From an uncultured Gemmatimonadales bacterium (GTDB lineage: Bacteria; Gemmatimonadota; Gemmatimonadetes; Gemmatimonadales; GWC2-71-9), in contig CAWJMT010000035.1 of assembly GCA_963844035.1 (NCBI GenBank), positions 32,001 to 96,000 of the forward strand: 64,000 nucleotides of DNA, in the 5' to 3' direction. How positions within the stretch are numbered: the stretch's first letter is position 1; each line of letters opens with the position of its first letter. Of this stretch, positions 58,494 through 64,000 are shown piece after piece. The notes under the pieces were generated by a model that ran no database searches, was not told the DNA's origin, and was given only the letters and a program-made list of their open reading frames with translations. The translations under genes and the position numbers were made by a program.

Positions 58494-60233
58494 ATGTGCG
58501 CCGTCCGGATTCTCCGCCAACCGATGCCGCTCGCTCGCTCGATCCTGTGGGCGCCTCGGAGTGCGTCGCGGCCGGGTGACATGAGCAACCCGGTCTTCCT
58601 GGAGCAGTCGGCGCTGCAGGCGATGTACGAGCATCTGGCCACGCCCCCCGCGCCCGGCCAGGGCGTCCTGGGCTTCCTGCTCGGTGACCGCTGCGAGTGC
58701 CCGGTGTCGGGGGTGTCGTACAGCGTGATCGATGCCGCGCTCCGCCTCAACCAGACGATCTACAGCGACCGCAGTCGCGACGTGGTCACGCGGCTCTGGA
58801 AGCGCCTCGCAACACAGCTCGAGGAGCAACAGGCCCATTTGATCGGGTGGTACCACACGCACGCGCCGCAGCCGCTGGAGATGTCGGAGCACGACGTCGA
58901 AACCCAGGACCTGTATTTCGGCGAAGAGTGGCAAGTCGGCGTGCTCGTGGATACCGACTCCGAGACGCCGGCAGGAGGGTTCTTCCGCCTCGGTGCTGAC
59001 GACGCATGGGTCCGCACCCTGCAACCATTCTACGAGCTGCTGAACGAAGACTCGGTTCGCGCCGGTGGCAAGAAGCGATCGTTCATGACGTGGAAGAACT
59101 ACCGCGCCTACAACCCCCCGGCGCTGCAGCCCCGATCCGCGGCGTCCCCGGCGCCGGTCGCTCCACCAGCGCCTCCGCGTACCGCACCCCCTGAGGCGCC
59201 CGGGCAGGTCCTTGGCCTGGAGCAGACGTCGTACGCGCCCCCGCCGCCGCCGCCCCGAGTATCCCAGCCGGCGAAAGCGATCGAGTCGTGGCCGGAGGAG
59301 CCGCCGGGGATGGAGAACATGCCGCAGGCTGAGCTCGAGGAGCCCAGCCGCACCGACTTGGACGAGCCTTCCGAAGAGCAGGAGGCGGAAGCAGCAGAGG
59401 AGCAATCGGAGGAGCCGGACGAACAGGAAGACGCCGGCGCGTTGAAGTTCTTGAGCGCCGCCGAGGACAGTCCGCCCCCGCTGCCCACGCGGGCCGCGGC
59501 GCAGTCGCCGTTCCTTCCGCCGCCGTTGCCTCCATCCTTCCAGTCACCGGATGAGCCGCCCGCAGAAGCCGAACCCGAAGCGGCGCCTGACGAGGTCGAT
59601 GCCGCCTGGGCCGAAGATCGCGCGCTCGAGAGCGAGGCGCCGCAGGATGAGGTGCTCGAGCCCGGTGAGGAGGTACCGCCCGAGCCCGCCGCGAAGCCGC
59701 GCCGCGCATCCCGCGGCATCTGGCGAAAACTGGTGCGCGGCGCCGCGGTGGGTGCGGGTCTGCTGGTGCTGGTGGGCGCTGGCGTAGCGGCCTGGCCGTA
59801 TGTGCCGGGCCTGGTGCAGCGCTTGAAGGGGCTGGTGCCCGCGCGGCAACCGGGTGCGAGCGAAGACGCCGCGCCCCGCGCCGGCGGCTGCGCCGGCCCC
59901 CGCTCCGGCCGCCCCCCGTCCGGCACCGCCCCGTCCGGCGATCGCTCCCCGCGCGGAGTTCGCACCGCTCGACCAGGCGGCGGACTCGCTGGCGAGAGCG
60001 CTGCAGGCGTACGACGGACGCACGCGTCTGTTTGCGAAACGTCGCCTCGATTGCTTCGTGCTCAGTGCGCGGACTGGTTCGCGTCGAGCGCGCGGCCGCG
60101 AGCTACGGCATGCAGCGCAATGCGGTGCCGGTGGACGCTCGATGCAGGGCGCGGGGCTCGCGATCTCGAGCTGCGCGCCGGCATCGACTCCGCCAGCCGC
60201 CAGTTCCTGCGATCGGCGTGCGAGCGCTCGTAG
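58494..60233 (+). CDS. JAB/MPN-domain protein with acidic Pro-rich linker, TM and C-terminal helical domain (indels)
   Basis: GFLLG, IGWYHTH-x7-S-x2-D, TM GAAVGAGLLVLVGAGVAAW. Confidence 0.75.
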   Translation: MCAVRILRQPMPLARSILWAPRSASRPGDMSNPVFLEQSALQAMYEHLATPPAPGQGVLGFLLGDRCECPVSGVSYSVIDAALRLNQTIYSDRSRDVVTRLWKRLATQLEEQQAHLIGWYHTHAPQPLEMSEHDVETQDLYFGEEWQVGVLVDTDSETPAGGFFRLGADDAWVRTLQPFYELLNEDSVRAGGKKRSFMTWKNYRAYNPPALQPRSAASPAPVAPPAPPRTAPPEAPGQVLGLEQTSYAPPPPPPRVSQPAKAIESWPEEPPGMENMPQAELEEPSRTDLDEPSEEQEAEAAEEQSEEPDEQEDAGALKFLSAAEDSPPPLPTRAAAQSPFLPPPLPPSFQSPDEPPAEAEPEAAPDEVDAAWAEDRALESEAPQDEVLEPGEEVPPEPAAKPRRASRGIWRKLVRGAAVGAGLLVLVGAGVAAWPYVPGLVQRLKGLVPARQPGASEDAAPRAGGCAGPRSGRPPSGTAPSGDRSPRGVRTARPGGGLAGESAAGVRRTHASVCETSPRLLRAQCADWFASSARPRATACSAMRCRWTLDAGRGARDLELRAGIDSASRQFLRSACERS

Positions 60234-60296
60234 GTCCCGCCGCAGCGGCCCGGGAGCCGCTTGGCTGGAGGCTCGCCGTCCGGGTATCTTTCGTGC

Positions 60297-60393
60297 GCCC
60301 CAGGTCCGCAGGTCGTCCGCTCGTGAACCGCGTCAGGCCCCCGCAGGGAGCAGCGCTTAGCGATGTCGGTCGTCGTTGCGGGGTGCCTGGGGC
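60297..60393 (+). ncRNA. ffs: Small SRP RNA (4.5S)
   Basis: GTGAACC-GCGTCAGG-CCC...GGG-AGCAGC core, terminal pairing GCCCCAGG/CCTGGGGC, TATCTT -10 just upstream, position before dnaX. Confidence 0.88.
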
Positions 60394-60498
60394 AATTCTA
60401 GGCGGTCAGACGGTCAGGCGGATCGACGGTAGTGCATCTCGGGAGCTTGACCGTCGGTCCGTTCTACACGGCGACCGCCTTGCATTAGATTGCTCTCA

Positions 60499-62179
60499 AT
60501 GATCGCCCTCGCTCGTAAGTACCGTCCCAAAACGTTCGCCGACCTCATCGTGCAGGACCACGTGGCGACCGCGCTCCGCGGCGCCGTCGCGCAGACGCGG
60601 GTGGCCCACGGCTACTTGTTCGCGGGCCCGCGCGGCGTGGGCAAGACGACGGCGGCGCGCATTCTGGCCATGGCGCTGAACTGCGAGCGGCGGACGACCG
60701 CCGGCGAGCCCTGCGGCGTGTGCGATTCTTGCGCCCGCATCTGGACCGGCGCGGCGAACCTGGACGTGGTGGAGCTCGACGCGGCATCCAACCGCGGGGT
60801 GGACGACGCCCGCGATCTGCGCGAACGGGCGATGTACGCGGCCAGCGCGGAGGGGCGATTCAAGGTGTACATCGTCGACGAGGCGCACATGCTCACGCGC
60901 GAGGCGTGGAATGCGCTCCTGAAGATTCTCGAGGAGCCGCCGCCGCGCGTGGTGTTCGTCTTCGCCACGACCGAACCTCAGAAGATCGCGCAGACCGCCG
61001 CCCCGATCCTGTCGCGGCTGCAGCGCTTCGACTTCCGGCGCATCGGGCCGCAGGCGATCGTGCAGCGCTTGCAGCATGTGCTCGCCACCGAGGGCGTGAC
61101 TGTCGGGGAGGACGCGCTGCAGCTCATCGCGAGGAGCGCCGACGGCGGGATGCGGGATGGGCTGTCGATCCTCGATCAGGTGTTGTCCTTCGGTGAGGGG
61201 CCGGTCACGGCTGAGCGCGTCCGCGAGGTGTTGGGGCTGATTTCGGATGACCTGTATGGCGAGATGCTGCGACTCATCGCCGAGCGGGACGCCCCGGCGG
61301 TCTTCACGCTGGTCGATCGGCTCAGCGAGGCCGGGGCTGACATGGGCGAATTCGTCGGCGGCGCGGGCGAGACCCTGCGCGCCGTTCTGCTGGTGGGGCT
61401 GGGCGGCGAAATCGCCGGGATGACCGAGGGGTTGCAGGCGCTCGTCCGCCGCTACGCGCCCCGCCTGCCGCCCGCCGACGTGGTTCGGTTGTTGACCGTT
61501 CTGGGTGAGGTCGAGCGCCAAATTCGCTCGAGCGGGAACATGCGCCTGGCCGTCGAGCTGTTGCTGCTGCGGTGGGCGATGATGGACCGGACGGTGGAGC
61601 TGGCGGAGGTGATAAAGGCGCTGGGACGGGGACGGGGAAGGGGGACGGGGAAGCGGGAAGCGGGAAGAGGGAAGCGCCAAGGGTGAAGCACCATTGTTGC
61701 GCGACGCCGCACCTGCGACGCCGGTAACGAGTGCGACACCGGTTCCCCAACCGCCCGACCGCCCGACCGCCAGTCCGCCCGACGTTGGCCCCCTGACGCT
61801 CGATCGTCTGCGGAGTCTCTGGCCCCGGATCGTTGCCGATGCGCGCGCCAAGAGCCAGATGCTCGGCGCATTGATGGCGGCGACGGAGGTGGCGGCGCTC
61901 GACGGCACGACGGTGACAATTCGCCTGCTGCAGGAGAACGCCGTGCACGCCGAGGGCCTCGCGCGACAGCGGGACGCGCTCGCTCCGCTGGTTGGGCGCT
62001 ACGTGACCGAGCCGATCCGCGTCCAGGTGGCGGCGGCCGAGGGTGGTGCCGCGCCGCGCGGGCGGCCGGCGCGAATGACGGAAGACGGCGCGCGCGCGGA
62101 CCGGTTGACCGGTTTGCGGGCGAAGGATCCACGTCTCGATGCGGCGGTGGAGGCATTGGACCTGGAGCTGCTGGAATAA
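60499..62179 (+). CDS. dnaX: DNA polymerase III gamma/tau; first frame stops at 61686, C-terminal part continues in +1 frame to 62179
   Basis: LARKYRP, GPRGVGKTT, DAASNRGVDD, DEAHML, LKILEEPP; C-terminal AAVEALDLELLE. Confidence 0.95.
61623..61675 (+). repeat. GGGACGG/GGGAAGC repeat tract within dnaX
   Basis: gggacggggacggggaagggggacggggaagcgggaagcgggaagagggaagc. Confidence 0.75.
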
Positions 62180-62216
62180 CTTGCACCCCGTTGGGGTGGG
62201 GGGTAACTTTCGACGT

Positions 62217-62534
62217 ATGGCGGATTTATCCAACCTGCTCCAGCTGGGGCAGCAGATGCAGTTTCGGCTTTCGGAGATCCAGTCCCAGCTCGCCCAGCAG
62301 ACCGTGACGTGCTCGGCCGGCGGGGGAATGGTCCAGGCGACGGCCGACGGGCGCGGCCAGATCCGCGCGATCAAGATCGACCCCCAGGCCGTCAATCCGG
62401 GTGATGTCGAGATGCTCGAGGACCTCGTCCTCGCCGCCGTGGCGGAAGCGCAGAAGCGCGCCGCCGAGCTGTACCAGGCGGAAGTGCGCAAACTCACTAC
62501 GGGCTTGCCGTTCCCGTTTCAGCTGCCGTTGTAG
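62217..62534 (+). CDS. ybaB: YbaB/EbfC nucleoid-associated protein
   Basis: SAGGGMV, IKIDP, EMLEDLVLAAV; TTGCAC-17-TAACTT promoter 7 nt upstream. Confidence 0.95.
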   Translation: MADLSNLLQLGQQMQFRLSEIQSQLAQQTVTCSAGGGMVQATADGRGQIRAIKIDPQAVNPGDVEMLEDLVLAAVAEAQKRAAELYQAEVRKLTTGLPFPFQLPL

Positions 62535-62540
62535 CTCGCC

Positions 62541-63143
62541 GTGTCGGCCATTGAAGATCTCGTGGCGGAGCTTGCCAAGTTGCCCGGGATCGGACAGAAG
62601 ACGGCGCAGCGCCTCACGTTTCATCTGTTGAAGCAGCCGCCGGAATTCGCAGGGCGGCTGGCGGACGCGATTCGGCGGGTCCGGGACCGGGTCACGGTCT
62701 GCCCCACGTGCGGGAACCTGACCGACGAAGCGCCCTGCGCCATTTGCGCCGACCCGCGCCGGGATGGCTCAGTGCTGTGCGTGGTGGAGGAGGCGTCGGA
62801 CGTCGGGGCGATCGAGCGCAGCGCGCGATTCCGCGGCCGCTACCACGTGCTGGGCGGGCGGCTCAGCCCGCTGGACGGCGTCGGTCCCGAGTCGCTGCGG
62901 CTCGAGGAGCTGCTCGAGCGGGTGAGCAACGGCTCGGAGGTGCGGGAGGTGATCGTCGCGACCAATCCCTCCATGGAGGGAGAGGTGACGGCGACCTATC
63001 TGCAGCAGCTGTTGAAGCCGACCGGTGTGCGCGTTACCCGCATTGCGCGCGGGCTGCCGGTGGGTGGGGATCTGGAGTATGCCGACGGGGTGACGATCGC
63101 GCAGGCCCTCTCAGCGCGACGCGACATGTCCGAAGGGGCGTAA
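62541..63143 (+). CDS. recR: Recombination mediator RecR
   Basis: LPGIGQKTAQR, C4 zinc finger, CVVE, YHVLGG, IARGLPVGGDLEYAD. Confidence 0.97.
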   Translation: MSAIEDLVAELAKLPGIGQKTAQRLTFHLLKQPPEFAGRLADAIRRVRDRVTVCPTCGNLTDEAPCAICADPRRDGSVLCVVEEASDVGAIERSARFRGRYHVLGGRLSPLDGVGPESLRLEELLERVSNGSEVREVIVATNPSMEGEVTATYLQQLLKPTGVRVTRIARGLPVGGDLEYADGVTIAQALSARRDMSEGA

Positions 63144-63155
63144 CCGAGGAGCTGC

Positions 63156-63644
63156 ATGGCTGGTGCGGCGAGCTGGTCGTTCTCCGAGAACGACTTCAAA
63201 CTGATTCAGCAGCACCTGCAGGCGTTCCTGCGCGAGTCGAACGCGCGCTGCGCCTTGCTCGTCGACCGCACCGGGCAGCTCGTGGCCACCGTGGGCGATC
63301 CGCCGCAGTTCGACTCCGCCGCCTTCGCTTCGCTCACCGCCGCCGACTTCAGCGCCAATGACCAGCTCGCCAAAATGATCGGCGAGCAGGAGTTTGCCTC
63401 CCTGGTCCATCAAGGTGAAAAGGAGTCGATGTACCTCGCCGACGTGGCGAAGCGGGTGATTCTCGTCGTGCTCTTCGATCAGCGGACGACGCTGGGGCTC
63501 GTGAAGCTCAAGGCGCGGAATGCCGTCGAGCAGTTGAACAAAGTCTTCGAGGAAATGTTCAACCGGGTCGGCACCGGTCCGAGCTCGTCTCAGAAGGGGC
63601 TGCTCGAAGGGGCGGAAGACGAAATTGATAAGCTTTTCAGCTAA
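63156..63644 (+). CDS. mglB: MglB roadblock/LC7 protein
   Basis: LLVDRTGQL, FASLTAADFSA, HQGEKES, TTLGLVKL, AEDEIDKLF. Confidence 0.92.
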   Translation: MAGAASWSFSENDFKLIQQHLQAFLRESNARCALLVDRTGQLVATVGDPPQFDSAAFASLTAADFSANDQLAKMIGEQEFASLVHQGEKESMYLADVAKRVILVVLFDQRTTLGLVKLKARNAVEQLNKVFEEMFNRVGTGPSSSQKGLLEGAEDEIDKLFS

Positions 63645-63656
63645 GGGGACGCAGCT

Positions 63657-64000
63657 ATGTCGATGATCAACTACGCGTCCCGCGAGATCAACTGCAAGTT
63701 GGTCTACTACGGCCCCGGATTAGGCGGCAAGACCAGCAACCTCGAGCACATCTACGGCAAAGTGGCTCCCAACACCCGGGGGAAGATGATTTCGCTCGCG
63801 ACCGAAACCGAGCGGACCCTCTTCTTCGATTTCCTTCCCGTGGACCTGGGCACCATTCGCGGCTTCAAGACGCGGTTTCACCTCTACACCGTGCCGGGCC
63901 AGGTCTACTACAACGCCAGCCGCAAGCTCATTCTGAAAGGCGTGGACGGGATCGTCTTCGTCGCCGACAGCCAGATCGAGCGCATGGAGGCCAACGTCGA
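63657..64000 (+). CDS. mglA: MglA small GTPase (3' partial; not in the ORF track)
   Basis: [55 protein letters not shown]. Confidence 0.95.
   Translation, partial: MSMINYASREINCKLVYYGPGLGGKTSNLEHIYGKVAPNTRGKMISLATETERTLFFDFLPVDLGTIRGFKTRFHLYTVPGQVYYNASRKLILKGVDGIVFVADSQIERMEANV

Noticed and set aside
44941..59405. Long antisense ORFs (44941-46977, 49947-52190, 53870-55954, 57384-59405 and similar)
   Set aside because: High-GC shadow frames opposite well-supported genes
18330..60233. A bacterial ubiquitination system joining the Ubl and the JAB protein
   Set aside because: 40 kb apart, no E1/E2, Ubl lacks a C-terminal Gly; kept as separate findings

Overview
High-GC bacterial chromosomal window, mostly core genes. 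Gene content and order (dimeric GlyQS, GWxTD protein, recR-mglB-mglA, zinc-ribbon Ser/Thr kinases) suggest Gemmatimonadota (inference). Many clearly functional genes carry single-base indels, typical of an unpolished long-read assembly, so frameshifts are not taken as pseudogenisation. Core content: trpB2, suhB, trpS, pilT-like, purA, ypdA, glxK, glyQS, hsp20, priA, fur-pdaD-ccdA, ggt, murQ-anmK-nagZ, nrdJ, pyk, ltaE, SRP RNA-dnaX-ybaB-recR-mglB-mglA. Most notable: (1) a minus-strand sigma54 promoter driving a c-di-GMP-I riboswitch with no gene behind it, ending in a hairpin/U-tract inside the 3' end of ypdA; (2) a 12-kb divergent envelope-signalling cluster (FHA-FHA, kinase, PP2C, FHA-protease / metallopeptidase-propeller-barrel, GWxTD, kinase-PEGA-TonB); (3) a terminator between the purA promoter and start codon; (4) a PilT paralogue with three degenerate catalytic motifs; (5) a membrane-anchored JAB/MPN protein and a separate ubiquitin-like protein; (6) tandem SH3-like/zinc-ribbon paralogues; (7) heptamer repeat tracts, one at the split point of dnaX. 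No CRISPR array, transposase, integrase, tRNA or rRNA was recognised.
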